Of a stretch of 64,000 nucleotides of DNA, positions 19,002 to 28,450 are shown piece by piece. The translations under genes and the position numbers were made by a program. The stretch is from a virus: the IMG/VR virus record IMGVR_UViG_3300042387_001967; one strand, given 5' to 3'. Within the stretch, counting starts at the first letter, position 1; each line of letters begins with the position of its first letter. A model generated the notes under the pieces. That model was not told the DNA's origin, did not search any database, and saw nothing but the letters and a program-made list of their open reading frames with translations.

Positions 19002-19858
19002 CAGTCGGTAGCGGCCCCAGTAAAAAAAGATCGGTTTTTCCAGTTCTGCAGGCAGACCTTGTATTTGAATTCCGCCGTGCGGACCGCATCCAGCAGCATG
19101 CGCCAGCGCGCCGCGCTCATGCGAAAGAAAGGCTCAAACGAGTCGTGCTCGCGCATCCGCTTCCGTATCGCGCTCAGTGGAGGCATGCCATCCACCCAGA
19201 AATCCGACCACGCAGTGGGCTCCCCATTGATCGCCCGCACTTGGTACCACGCGTGCATCTGCTGGAACGCCAGCAGCCATTGCAGGTCGCTGTCCTTGTC
19301 AATGTGCCCGTCGCGGCCCCACTGGTTGACCGCGGCTGATGCGCTGGTGGTGAATTCGTCCGGCGCCATGGCGATCTGCACCGTCGCCTGCAAGCCGTCC
19401 AGTTGGATGTCGAAAATCAACTCGGTGTCGTGCATGGCTGCGCGGACGAACGCATCCCGGTCTGCGCCCGTGACCTGCACCTTCATGTCCCCCACTTCCA
19501 GCTGGAACCTGCGCTCCATCTCATCCTGCAGCCGGTCCGTCGCGCTCATCATCATGTTCGGATTCCGCAACTGCGTGACATCGTCTGTCGGCATCGGAGG
19601 CGGCGCCACGCCGTCCTCTTTCTTCTTCGCGTCGATCGCGTCCTGTTCTGGCTTGTGATCGAACGGATCCACACCGCCGAGCGGGAGGGTTGCCTTCAGT
19701 TGCCCTCCGTCGACGACCACTTTGGGCGCGGTCGGATCTTCTGCCTCGTCGACGCGCTGAGCGTCCGGAGCCGGATCCTCTACGACGGTTCCGAAGATAC
19801 TCTGAAATGGTGGCGATTTAGGATCTGCTGGTTTGGTGTCTGCTGGTTTGTCGGACAT
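19001..19858 (-). CDS. Tail assembly chaperone (G-like)
   Basis: 285 aa with an acidic disordered N-terminus. It ends in a T-TTT-TTT slippery site. Confidence 0.55.
   Translation of the reverse strand: MSDKPADTKPADPKSPPFQSIFGTVVEDPAPDAQRVDEAEDPTAPKVVVDGGQLKATLPLGGVDPFDHKPEQDAIDAKKKEDGVAPPPMPTDDVTQLRNPNMMMSATDRLQDEMERRFQLEVGDMKVQVTGADRDAFVRAAMHDTELIFDIQLDGLQATVQIAMAPDEFTTSASAAVNQWGRDGHIDKDSDLQWLLAFQQMHAWYQVRAINGEPTAWSDFWVDGMPPLSAIRKRMREHDSFEPFFRMSAARWRMLLDAVRTAEFKYKVCLQNWKNRSFFTGAATD
19022..19028 (-). other. Candidate -1 ribosomal frameshift heptamer T TTT TTT
   Basis: Minus strand reads TCT TTT TTT ACT...GAC TGA. The -1 frame reads TTT TAC TGG GGC CGC TAC CGA CTG ATG into the next ORF. Confidence 0.6.
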
Positions 19859-19870
19859 GCGGTTTTGTGT

Positions 19871-22468
19871 TTAGGGTTGGACTTCTTCCTGACGCTTGAG
19901 AGCCTTCATGACAGCATTCGTCGTGGGGCGCCACTCAATGTTGACGTCGTCGAACGATGACGCCGCGCTGGAGGACGGCACGTGCAGATTCTCGCCCGTG
20001 TCCGATGCGCGGTAAAGAATCTCGTGATACCCGAACCCGCCCGACTCGCGGATGCGCGTTCCGGTCACAGACAGGCGCAATCTCCAGTCCGCGTAGCCAG
20101 GACCTCCCCATCGGTCAGGCGGTCCCATGTCGGCATCGAGGCGCAGATACTGTTGCGTCAGCGTCTCAGGCACCCCTGCGGCGGTTTTCTCGCGGTTGTT
20201 CCAGACATACTCATCCCGAGACGGGAAGCCCCACAGCGGGCCGCCTGCGGAGCTAGTCCACGCCAAGTCCGGCGCTGCGGATGAAAGGGCAGCAGCCTCA
20301 GCCAGCAGTATCCGCTGCGCCGCCGACGCTCCAGCAGGCGTCGCCGGCGGCGTGTCGTCCACGAACGCGTCAATGTGATTCAGATGGTTCTTGAGCTGCA
20401 GCGTGGGCTGCGAATCCGGGATCGGAATGATGGGTCCGCGCTTGGGTCCAGTGATGCGATTGCCTTTGATGTCGTCCGCTTGCAGATTATTGCACCACAC
20501 CAGTCCATTGCGCAGCACCAGGTCCGGGATGGTCGGGTTCGGTCCCACGATGACCTCGCTGGAACTCGCCAGGAGCGTCTGCGTTGCGATGACCACCTGA
20601 CTGCCGCCTGCCACCCTCACTGTCGACGAAGACCGTAAGTCAGCGCCCGTCTTGCCCCGCAAATCGAGAGCGCCGTTCGTGGAGACCACCAAGCCGTCCG
20701 AGCCGTCCACGACGACAGCCATCCCCAGTTCCGAGCGATACGCGGAACGGCCGGCCGCCGCTTCGCTCAGGATGGCGAACCCGTGCTTCTCGCCCTGCAC
20801 CCTCCCAGCTACTTCCGGCGCAGGCATGCCGAGCGACGCCGGCTCTGGCGCGTCCCCATCCTTGTCGGTGACCGCATTCGAGCGGAGCCACAGCGTCCCT
20901 TTCTCGCAGAGCATCTTCAGCCAGGCGTAGCTGTGCAAAATGAGTCCTCCAAACGTCGCAGAAATCTCGATGCAGCGGCGGGCTTTCATGTAGATGCTGC
21001 CGCCGCTCACCATGCGAATGTCGCCGGCCGCTTCGAGGTCGATGTGCTTCGCCGCGCTGATCTGCACGTTGCCGTTGCTCATCACGACAGACGACCCGTA
21101 GCCGTCGTGCATCACAATGGAGCCGTCGCGCATGATCGTGAAGCAGGCGTAGGCATCGTAGTAGAGAACCTTCTGCTCCGGGTCTTCGCCCTCGCCCTCC
21201 GGCGTGTAATTGGCACGTCCGTTCGCCTCGTCGCGATCGCTCTCGAGATTTCGCCAGTCGGGCGTGGGCGACGCAGCCTCCGAGGGGATCGCATACTCAG
21301 TGTCCTGCTGCAGCATCCGCGCGAACGCGTGATACCGACTCAGCCACCTCGAATAGCTGCGGATGTGGTAGGCAGCCTGGTACATGTCCTTCTCGTCGAC
21401 AGGCTGAATGGCGGACGGCAGCTTCAAAAATGCCGCCGTCAGTTTGTCATACTCGCGCTCCTTGGTAATCGCAGGGTCTTCGTGGTGGGCGATTCTGACA
21501 GGCACCGGGATGCGCGTGGTGCGCTCGATGCGGATGTCTGCGACCGACTGGATGATGAGCGATCCGTCGCTGTTCCGGTGTATCCAGTTTTTGCCTGCGC
21601 CGGATTTGGCTGTGCTTGCACCGAGCGACACAATCGCCCGCGGCGGGTCAGACACGAAGCTGTGAATGAAGTCACCGGCGAACCCCAGAAATTCCTTGAA
21701 GCGCATGCGCCCGAGTCCGGTGACGCGACGCTCTTCCAGCTTCGTCCGGTCAACCTCGTCGCCGTTCATCTCCGCGAACGGTTCCTTCTCTTTTTCGATC
21801 CCGAGCACCTCGTGCCTGTAGGATGACCAGGACCGTTCCATGGTGGGGCGTCCGTGATCGTAAATCAGATCCTCGCCGAGCCCGCTGATGTGGCGATACT
21901 GCGCGGAGATGACGCGTACCATGTCGTTGATCAGATGACACTCGACGACCGCTCTGTCGCTCGCCTTCATGCGGATCAGCGTGGTCAGGAATTCCAGCGC
22001 GATGCCGAACATGTTGGAAATCTCAACCTCGCCCTCGATCATGTCCTCCGCGTGATCGGACACGACGTTCCCGGTGACTCCCTCCGCTGCGTCTGTCGCC
22101 GGCCCCCACAGCAGCGAGCGGCTGCGTGCATTCAACCAGTCGACGCTGTGCTCCGGCAGCACTTGCGTGATGAACGTCGGGGCGCCGTAAGCGATCTTCA
22201 CGCGAGTCAGCGGCGGCAGGTTGCACCGGAGCTGAAGGCCGAACAACCCTCCCAGCACTGGCAGCGCCAAGCGCACGCCGCTGATCTCCTGTCTTGGATC
22301 CTCTGTCGTGACGTGATACGTACCGTCGATCTCCCTAGCCCGCACCGTGGCCGTGTAAAGCGCGCCGGGGGTGAGACGCTCGGACATGATGGCGCCAGTG
22401 GCCTGCGCGGTCCTCGAAGGATCTACGTCTGGAAACCCGTCCCCCGGTTTTTCTGTGCTTATGGCCAT
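19871..22468 (-). CDS. Baseplate spike / hub protein (gp5/VgrG-like)
   Basis: 865 aa with an OB-fold-like N-terminus and beta-helix-like repeats ('IVMHDGYGSSVVMSNGNVQISAAKHIDLEAAGDIRMVSGGSIYMKA'). Confidence 0.6.
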   Translation of the reverse strand: MAISTEKPGDGFPDVDPSRTAQATGAIMSERLTPGALYTATVRAREIDGTYHVTTEDPRQEISGVRLALPVLGGLFGLQLRCNLPPLTRVKIAYGAPTFITQVLPEHSVDWLNARSRSLLWGPATDAAEGVTGNVVSDHAEDMIEGEVEISNMFGIALEFLTTLIRMKASDRAVVECHLINDMVRVISAQYRHISGLGEDLIYDHGRPTMERSWSSYRHEVLGIEKEKEPFAEMNGDEVDRTKLEERRVTGLGRMRFKEFLGFAGDFIHSFVSDPPRAIVSLGASTAKSGAGKNWIHRNSDGSLIIQSVADIRIERTTRIPVPVRIAHHEDPAITKEREYDKLTAAFLKLPSAIQPVDEKDMYQAAYHIRSYSRWLSRYHAFARMLQQDTEYAIPSEAASPTPDWRNLESDRDEANGRANYTPEGEGEDPEQKVLYYDAYACFTIMRDGSIVMHDGYGSSVVMSNGNVQISAAKHIDLEAAGDIRMVSGGSIYMKARRCIEISATFGGLILHSYAWLKMLCEKGTLWLRSNAVTDKDGDAPEPASLGMPAPEVAGRVQGEKHGFAILSEAAAGRSAYRSELGMAVVVDGSDGLVVSTNGALDLRGKTGADLRSSSTVRVAGGSQVVIATQTLLASSSEVIVGPNPTIPDLVLRNGLVWCNNLQADDIKGNRITGPKRGPIIPIPDSQPTLQLKNHLNHIDAFVDDTPPATPAGASAAQRILLAEAAALSSAAPDLAWTSSAGGPLWGFPSRDEYVWNNREKTAAGVPETLTQQYLRLDADMGPPDRWGGPGYADWRLRLSVTGTRIRESGGFGYHEILYRASDTGENLHVPSSSAASSFDDVNIEWRPTTNAVMKALKRQEEVQP

Positions 22469-22504
22469 GCTGCGAATCTACGCGTGCCGCGCGCTTTTGT
22501 GCAA
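22469..22504 (-). promoter_or_regulatory. Sigma70-like leaderless promoter TTGCAC-18-TAGATT-6-ATG
   Basis: -35 at 22499-22504, -10 at 22475-22480, ATG at 22468. Confidence 0.55.
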
Positions 22505-22510
22505 GCACGC

Positions 22511-22541
22511 AAAAGCGCGCGGCCCCCGACCGCGCGCTTTT
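22511..22541 (-). terminator. Intrinsic terminator after the tail tube gene
   Basis: AAAAGCGCGCGG, 7-nt loop, CCGCGCGCTTTT. A third arm at 22487-22499 allows an alternative hairpin. Confidence 0.65.
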
Positions 22542-22564
22542 CCCTTGCTTCCAGCCTAGATTGA

Positions 22565-23008
22565 TCAGGCCGTGCGCATGCTGGCGGTCCTGATGGTCGC
22601 GCCCTGCGTGATTGTCTGTCGTCCTGTGGAGAGGTTTGCAGTGAGCTGCTCGACGATGGCGCCGCTGAAGAACAGCGAGCCCTTGCCCTCGAACTGGCAC
22701 TGCCCGCCTTGAATCTGGATGCTGGCTGTGTCGATCTTGCCGCACGCGGCTTGCCAGTCGCGGAAGAATCCTTCGGAGCCGACGAGCGAGCCCATGGTGA
22801 TGCTGCCTTGCGGGCGACCCGGCAGCCAGAAGATCTGCGTTGATCCCACCTGGGTGATCTCCTCGATCTGCTGCCTGTATGAGACGTCCACCGACTGAAC
22901 GAGCGAGTTCTTGCCGCCGCCCGCCTTTACGGAGATTCGGGCGAAGTCGGAGGACGCGATCTGTCCGCTGGTTTTGATGTTGTTGTCGTAGCTGAAGACA
23001 TCCTTCAT
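22565..23008 (-). CDS. Tail tube protein
   Basis: 147 aa, 'LVQSVDVSYRQQIEEITQVGS...GRPQGSITMGSLVG', directly after the sheath gene. Confidence 0.72.
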   Translation of the reverse strand: MKDVFSYDNNIKTSGQIASSDFARISVKAGGGKNSLVQSVDVSYRQQIEEITQVGSTQIFWLPGRPQGSITMGSLVGSEGFFRDWQAACGKIDTASIQIQGGQCQFEGKGSLFFSGAIVEQLTANLSTGRQTITQGATIRTASMRTA

Positions 23009-23041
23009 GGTATGGTGTGGTGGTTGAGTTGCTGGCTGGGT

Positions 23042-25885
23042 TTAGGTATTGTCGGCGCTGGCGAGCACCTCGGCCACGCCCACGTCGATGTAGTGGTTGA
23101 TGCCGTTGAGCGGCAGCGGCACGCGCAGCTTGACGTAGGTCATCAGCGTGTCGGCCAAGTCGCCGTCCTGGCGCACGGTCACTTCGCCTTCGTTGCCCTT
23201 CTCGTCGAAAAATGTCATCACGGGCGGTCCGATGTCGACGTTGGCGAGCTCGACCTGCGTGAAGTCGGTGGCCAGTGCCTTGAGCTTGTCGTCGATTTCC
23301 GCGATGGTGTCCGGAGTGGCATTGCGGCGTCCGACATAGCGCTTGAAGGCGTCCTTCTCAGCGTAGCCGAACTCGTCCACGATGACGCCGACGTTGTCCT
23401 CGTATGCCAGCGCGCCCTCTTCGGTGCCGGTGGTGAGCTGATGGCGGATGAAGACGTCGCCGCCTTCGGATTCCTGCGTGACGATGAAGGTGCCAGCCGA
23501 TGCGACTCCGTCGAGATCCGCGGGGTCGAATGACGTGAACATGGACGGCGCGGCTTCCACGGAGGTCACTTCGGTCATCGTCAGGCCCTGCTGCGGCAAC
23601 AGCGCGCAGCGGAGGCCGGCGATTTCGGCCGCCAGGAATTTGGCAGGAAGAACAACGGTGACGCCGTTCTCGGTGACAGTCGGATTGTCGCACCAGACGT
23701 TGCTGATGCGGCGCGAGCCGAGTTTCACACTGCGCGCCTGCACGTAAAGCGCAGTGTTAGCCGGCGTGTCCGCGCGCGTCAGGATGAGGTTCGAGTTCGA
23801 CACCGTCAGCACATCCGCGGCATCAGTCAGCACTTCGAAGTCGGACAGCACTTCCAGAATTGTGTAAGTCTGCCCCACGGATTGCAGCGTGATCGTGGAG
23901 CCCACGTCCGTCGCTGCAAACTTCCACGCGCTGCGGAATGCCGCATCCAGAGTCACTACCGAGGATGCTAGGTCGCCGGTGCGGTAACCGCCGCCGGTGA
24001 GTGCGCCCCACTGGACGTAAGTGCCGGGTGAGTCGGTGCCGATGTAGGCACGCCGGAAGTTCTTGTTGAACTTGTTCGACATGGTCGTGCAGTGGTCGCG
24101 CAGCAACTCCATGACGGCTTCGCTGTCGGTCATGCCGGCGAGTGCGTAGACGCGGTCCGTAGTCTGGATCTTGCGCAGCGCTGTCGTGAAATCCGCCACG
24201 GTGTCGCCACCGGTGCGCAGCGCGTAGACCACGCGATTCTGATTTCCGGTAAACGCTTCGAGCGTGCCGCGTCCGAGCCAGTTCTCGATGCTTGTCTCGC
24301 CGACCTTCGTGACGATATCCACGTCGCGGTTGATCTCGATCATTGTCTCCCCGGCGAGCGGGATCACCAGTGCCTTGAAGGACAGGTAGACGGATCCGTA
24401 GCCGCCGGCAAACAGGCTGAAGTCTGAGCCGTTGCGTCCTGTCGCGGTGCTCGGCAGTCCCAAGTCTGCGGCATAGTCCCAGTCTGCCGCGTTCGCAACG
24501 AGCGCAGCGTCAACGCCCGCTGTGTTGGTGTCGTCCAGCAGCCCGCTGTAGGGTTGGAACACCGTAGTGGAGGTGAACGTGATGCTACTCGCGCCGCCGG
24601 CCGCTGCGACTTCCGCAGACGGCACCGCGGGTCCGTCCAGCAGCAGGCCGTCGAATTCCGTGGTGGACGCCGCGGCTGCGACGCAGTCGATGTAGAAAAT
24701 CTGACCCTTCGCGAAGCCGCCGATCGTTGTCGGGTTAAAAATCAACCCCGAGGTCCCGATGTCCAAAGCCGAGCCCGCGATGGCGTCCGTGTATGCCACT
24801 GTCGGGTCTCCGCCGGTCACGTCGTAGACTTCCACGTCGATATCCGTGGCGCCGCGCTCCGTCACCTCGATCGCGTATCGGCGGTCCACGGTGCCCGTGT
24901 AGGTGCCGGTGACAGCGAGTTGTGTGTCGGTGTTTGGTGCGAACACTGGCTGCAGGATCACGCGGATTTTATTGCCGGCGACCATGGCGGATGCCTTCGT
25001 GAGAATCACGTCAGTCGCGCCTGCGTAGCCAGCGGTGGTCAGGTCGATGGAAAATTCAGTCCCGCCGCCGCCCGCCGCAGACGTCACCGGACTCGGCGTG
25101 GTGATGCCGGTCGCCAGGGAGGTGACATTGAACGTAGCGACGGTGTTGGCGCCGCCTACGACACAGGTGAAGTCCAGCACATCGCAGAGCTGGTAATCGC
25201 TGCCCACGAGATACACCTTGCCGGCGCCCTTGAGCATCGCGACGTCGGTGGCGTGAATCGTCGGCGGTGTCACCACGTCCAGCCCGGATGTGGTGTTCGC
25301 GCTGACTTTGACCGCCGCCGCGGTGGCGAGGGCGACCGGGTTCAGCAAGCCGACAGCCGTGTCGTCATACGAGGACGCCGTCACTTTGCCAAGAAGGCCG
25401 ACCACCTTGCGGCGTGTCGTACCGGTGGGTGTGCCACCATCCCAATCGCTGGAGATGATGTCGCCGATGCTGATCGGGCGCCCGTCCAGCCCGGTGTTCA
25501 GCGTGCCAGCGCCAGCGAGATCGTCAGCCGGACTGCGCAGGGTGCGGAAAGTGGTGTCGTTCTCGTCCAGCGTCCAACCGTTCGGTGCGCCGGTGAACGT
25601 GGCCACCAGAGCCTGCAGCCCGGAGCCATACAACGCCGCTGTGGCGTTCTGCGGCTTGAGCTCAGTCAAATCCAGCGCCACACCTTTCGTGTCAGTGTAG
25701 AGGTTGTCTGTCGCGCCGGCAGAATCGAAGTCGAGATACGCACCGGAGAGATCGCGCCCGTCGTTGAGGTAAAGGTTGAACTGCGGACCGATGACGATTG
25801 GATTCCTGCGTGACGTGGTGCGCACAGCAGTCTGCCTCAGGATCTGAGTGATGGTGTCTTGAGGACGAACGTATGGAGTGATCAT
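23042..25885 (-). CDS. Tail sheath protein
   Basis: 947 aa. C-terminal sheath-like region 'HCTTMS...FRRAYIG...AAEIAG...GTFIVTQ...IRHQLTT...EDNV'. Precedes the tube gene. Confidence 0.75.
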   Translation of the reverse strand: MITPYVRPQDTITQILRQTAVRTTSRRNPIVIGPQFNLYLNDGRDLSGAYLDFDSAGATDNLYTDTKGVALDLTELKPQNATAALYGSGLQALVATFTGAPNGWTLDENDTTFRTLRSPADDLAGAGTLNTGLDGRPISIGDIISSDWDGGTPTGTTRRKVVGLLGKVTASSYDDTAVGLLNPVALATAAAVKVSANTTSGLDVVTPPTIHATDVAMLKGAGKVYLVGSDYQLCDVLDFTCVVGGANTVATFNVTSLATGITTPSPVTSAAGGGGTEFSIDLTTAGYAGATDVILTKASAMVAGNKIRVILQPVFAPNTDTQLAVTGTYTGTVDRRYAIEVTERGATDIDVEVYDVTGGDPTVAYTDAIAGSALDIGTSGLIFNPTTIGGFAKGQIFYIDCVAAAASTTEFDGLLLDGPAVPSAEVAAAGGASSITFTSTTVFQPYSGLLDDTNTAGVDAALVANAADWDYAADLGLPSTATGRNGSDFSLFAGGYGSVYLSFKALVIPLAGETMIEINRDVDIVTKVGETSIENWLGRGTLEAFTGNQNRVVYALRTGGDTVADFTTALRKIQTTDRVYALAGMTDSEAVMELLRDHCTTMSNKFNKNFRRAYIGTDSPGTYVQWGALTGGGYRTGDLASSVVTLDAAFRSAWKFAATDVGSTITLQSVGQTYTILEVLSDFEVLTDAADVLTVSNSNLILTRADTPANTALYVQARSVKLGSRRISNVWCDNPTVTENGVTVVLPAKFLAAEIAGLRCALLPQQGLTMTEVTSVEAAPSMFTSFDPADLDGVASAGTFIVTQESEGGDVFIRHQLTTGTEEGALAYEDNVGVIVDEFGYAEKDAFKRYVGRRNATPDTIAEIDDKLKALATDFTQVELANVDIGPPVMTFFDEKGNEGEVTVRQDGDLADTLMTYVKLRVPLPLNGINHYIDVGVAEVLASADNT

Positions 25886-25903
25886 GGATTGTCGGCTTGG
25901 TGG

Positions 25904-26572
25904 TTATTTCTCGGCGGTTAAAATTTGCGAAATCATTCGAATGCGATGCGATTCCAAAGTGCGAGTGACGGCCATACTGTAGGTGATCCGCACGGCGATG
26001 GCAACTGTGTAATGGTCTTTCGGCGCAGGTTTCTTCTCCTTCGGTCGCTGCATACTCACGACTTCGAATCCGGTGGCGCCTCCGTTGCGCGCCATCACCG
26101 ACCCCATGGCCAGCAGCACGCGTGCAGTCAGATCGGCCAAGTCGTAAGCGTCCGACGCGTTCTTGGCCATGTGATGCACCTCGTAGTCAGCAACGGCTTC
26201 CTTCGTCACATGCGACCCGGCCAGGTCCTGCGTATTGCCTGCGTGATTGCCGATGCCGACCTTGTTGAAAGTTGCCTCGGCGAAGCCGATGAACACACCG
26301 GGATAATTGTCGGCTTTGCGATCGTCCGCGCTGTGCGTGAACTCCACCGCCAGCTTGGACTGCTTTTCGTCCGGATGCCACACGAAGCACTGCAGATGAT
26401 CGAAGCCCATGTAGTTGGCGGACGACGCGTAGTGTCCACGCAGGAACAGCAGCAGCATACGCCGGAACGCATCCGCAGTGGGAGGTCCCGACAGGCAGTG
26501 CAGCAGCGACTCCGTCGTCTCGACTTCGTGCCCTGAGAATGAGCTGAGCAATTCGGATTGGCGATCGTTCAT
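25904..26572 (-). CDS. Tail terminator / tail completion protein
   Basis: 222 aa between the neck and sheath genes. Confidence 0.55.
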   Translation of the reverse strand: MNDRQSELLSSFSGHEVETTESLLHCLSGPPTADAFRRMLLLFLRGHYASSANYMGFDHLQCFVWHPDEKQSKLAVEFTHSADDRKADNYPGVFIGFAEATFNKVGIGNHAGNTQDLAGSHVTKEAVADYEVHHMAKNASDAYDLADLTARVLLAMGSVMARNGGATGFEVVSMQRPKEKKPAPKDHYTVAIAVRITYSMAVTRTLESHRIRMISQILTAEK

Positions 26573-27429
26573 GGGAGTGTGTCCGGCGTCCAGTGAGCAA
26601 TGCGGCGATATGCCTTGGTGTCGATGACCGGCAGCGGAAACTGGTATCGCTCGTCCGACTGATTCAGGTGCTCGAGCGTCGCGTCGTAAGCGACCGGCAG
26701 CACACTGCGGAAGCGATACGGCTTGATCTCGTCGCTGATCAAGTAACGCACGTCTGTCGTGGGATCCACGAGCATGTGCCCGCGGGCCGGATGCGGAAAT
26801 GCCATGAGCCGGGCAGAGACCCTGAGCGTGTCTGCCGGCGAGAATTCCTCCGGATCATCCTTCAGCCCCTCGCCGTGCGCCGTGATGCTCATCCACGTGA
26901 GCACCGGCCGGTAAAAGCCGCCCTGAAATGCCATGCCGTAGGAACGCAGCGCGGGGTCCTCGACCGCGCACTCGCCTCCCTCCTTCTTGCCGGTGTCCGG
27001 GTCTGTCGCCAAGGACGGCGTGCCGAACTCGCGCGGGATGCAGTGCCACACAGGGAACCCGTTCACGACTCTCATCTGCGTGAATTCCTGGTGGATCATG
27101 GCGCGGATGATGCCGTATTCGCGCCGCGTGATGTCGCCCATGATCTGGAACGGCTCGGACAAAAAATCGCCGACCGACGCGATCAGCAGCAGCCGGTAAA
27201 ATCCCTCGGCCGAGCCTTTGTTCATGAACAGCGTCGCGTCCTGATACACTCCCACGCCGGAGGCAACGGGCGCGTCCGGATTGAGTTCTTTCCATGTCCC
27301 CTGCGTGCCGGTGGTCGAGAACGCGGCATACACGTTCCCCGCGGGCGCGTCGGACGCCATCTCCCAGGTGATCGCAGCGTTACGCGTTCCGTGGTTCGGA
27401 TAAATGCGGACGTTGCGGAATACGCTCAT
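26569..27429 (-). CDS. Neck / head-closure protein
   Basis: 286 aa with an Ig-like N-terminus and 'SYGMAFQGGFYRP'. Function is inferred from synteny. Confidence 0.5.
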   Translation of the reverse strand: MSVFRNVRIYPNHGTRNAAITWEMASDAPAGNVYAAFSTTGTQGTWKELNPDAPVASGVGVYQDATLFMNKGSAEGFYRLLLIASVGDFLSEPFQIMGDITRREYGIIRAMIHQEFTQMRVVNGFPVWHCIPREFGTPSLATDPDTGKKEGGECAVEDPALRSYGMAFQGGFYRPVLTWMSITAHGEGLKDDPEEFSPADTLRVSARLMAFPHPARGHMLVDPTTDVRYLISDEIKPYRFRSVLPVAYDATLEHLNQSDERYQFPLPVIDTKAYRRIAHWTPDTLP

Positions 27430-28028
27430 TGCGACTTAGGCAAGCCGAGGCTGTCGATGTGTTGCGCGGCCTGTTCGTATGGGTCAGATGACGTCTGCGC
27501 TGCGGTCGCGGCAGGCGCCCCTGTCGGAGCTGGCTTCTCACCCTCTCCCGTTAGATAGCCGCCAGCCATACCTCCGAACCCGGCAGTCATACCGCCGGCA
27601 AGGAGTTTACCGCCTACCCCGGCTCGCTCCACGGCTTTTCCGGTTTGCATGGCTTTGATCACGCGGGGAGTTGCATTGGCCGCAAGACGAGAAGCTCCTC
27701 CGAAGAAGCCTTTGGCGGTTGACGCGACGCCTGGCAGAAACGACAGCGCCCCCCATCCGAGGTTGCTGACGCCCGACCAGAAGTTGCCGTTCGAAAAATC
27801 CTTGACCGCCTTGTAGCCGTAGTAAGGGACGCCGGTGACAGGATTCGAACCGGCGGCTATATCCAGCGCCAACTCGCCAGTGTCACCCCATGTCCACCCT
27901 TTGCTGGGTGCGCCCGGCGCGACGGGCTGCGGCGCGCGGCCAGGCTGATACATCGGCGCGAACGGAAACGGCTCCGTGTTTGCGGCTTTCACCATCGGAT
28001 CCAATAGAGCAAATGGCGTCGGTGTCAT
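27426..28028 (-). CDS. Putative internal head protein with TPFAxL-KxA leader and Gly-rich hydrophobic segments
   Basis: 200 aa from ATG 28028 (ATGA overlap): MTPTPFALLDPMVKAAN. Confidence 0.55.
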   Translation of the reverse strand: MTPTPFALLDPMVKAANTEPFPFAPMYQPGRAPQPVAPGAPSKGWTWGDTGELALDIAAGSNPVTGVPYYGYKAVKDFSNGNFWSGVSNLGWGALSFLPGVASTAKGFFGGASRLAANATPRVIKAMQTGKAVERAGVGGKLLAGGMTAGFGGMAGGYLTGEGEKPAPTGAPAATAAQTSSDPYEQAAQHIDSLGLPKSQ

Positions 28029-28447
28029 CCTACGGCCCCCCATGCGCCTTCGAGGTTGGCGGTGACCTTCAAGTTCGTTGCAGCTTCCATAAATTCCGCC
28101 TCCAGTTTGTCGCGCAGGCGTTCGAGGTTCCTGAGCAGCGATCCCTGCACGCTGGCGTTGACGCCGCCGGCAGCGTAATCGAAATCGTTGATGCTCACGT
28201 TGCCGTGCCACCGGCGGTAGAGCGCCCACGCGATACCGTCGAAGAACACCGAGGAGTTGATCGGCAGTTTGTCCGACGTCACCTCGAAGCCCAGCGGTCG
28301 GATGGAGTTAAATTTTCGCGCACACTTGCTCATCGCCCACTCGATGTCAGGATCAGTGAACGCCAAGTCTGCGAGCACCAGGTGGTCCTCCGCCTGGCGA
28401 TCCATCATGTCCTCTCGGACGTCAGCGATAGCGATGTAGCTAGCCAT
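28025..28447 (-). CDS. Head-tail adaptor
   Basis: 140 aa. 'ADVREDMMDR...LAFTDPDIEWAM...FNSIRP...DFDYAAGGV' resembles adaptor proteins. Two genes after the MCP. Confidence 0.6.
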   Translation of the reverse strand: MASYIAIADVREDMMDRQAEDHLVLADLAFTDPDIEWAMSKCARKFNSIRPLGFEVTSDKLPINSSVFFDGIAWALYRRWHGNVSINDFDYAAGGVNASVQGSLLRNLERLRDKLEAEFMEAATNLKVTANLEGAWGAVG

Positions 28448-28450
28448 GCG

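Noticed and set aside
524-26572. Extracellular contractile injection system / T6SS / tailocin
   Set aside because: Capsid, protease, scaffold, neck and lysis genes are contiguous with the tail genes, so this is a phage.
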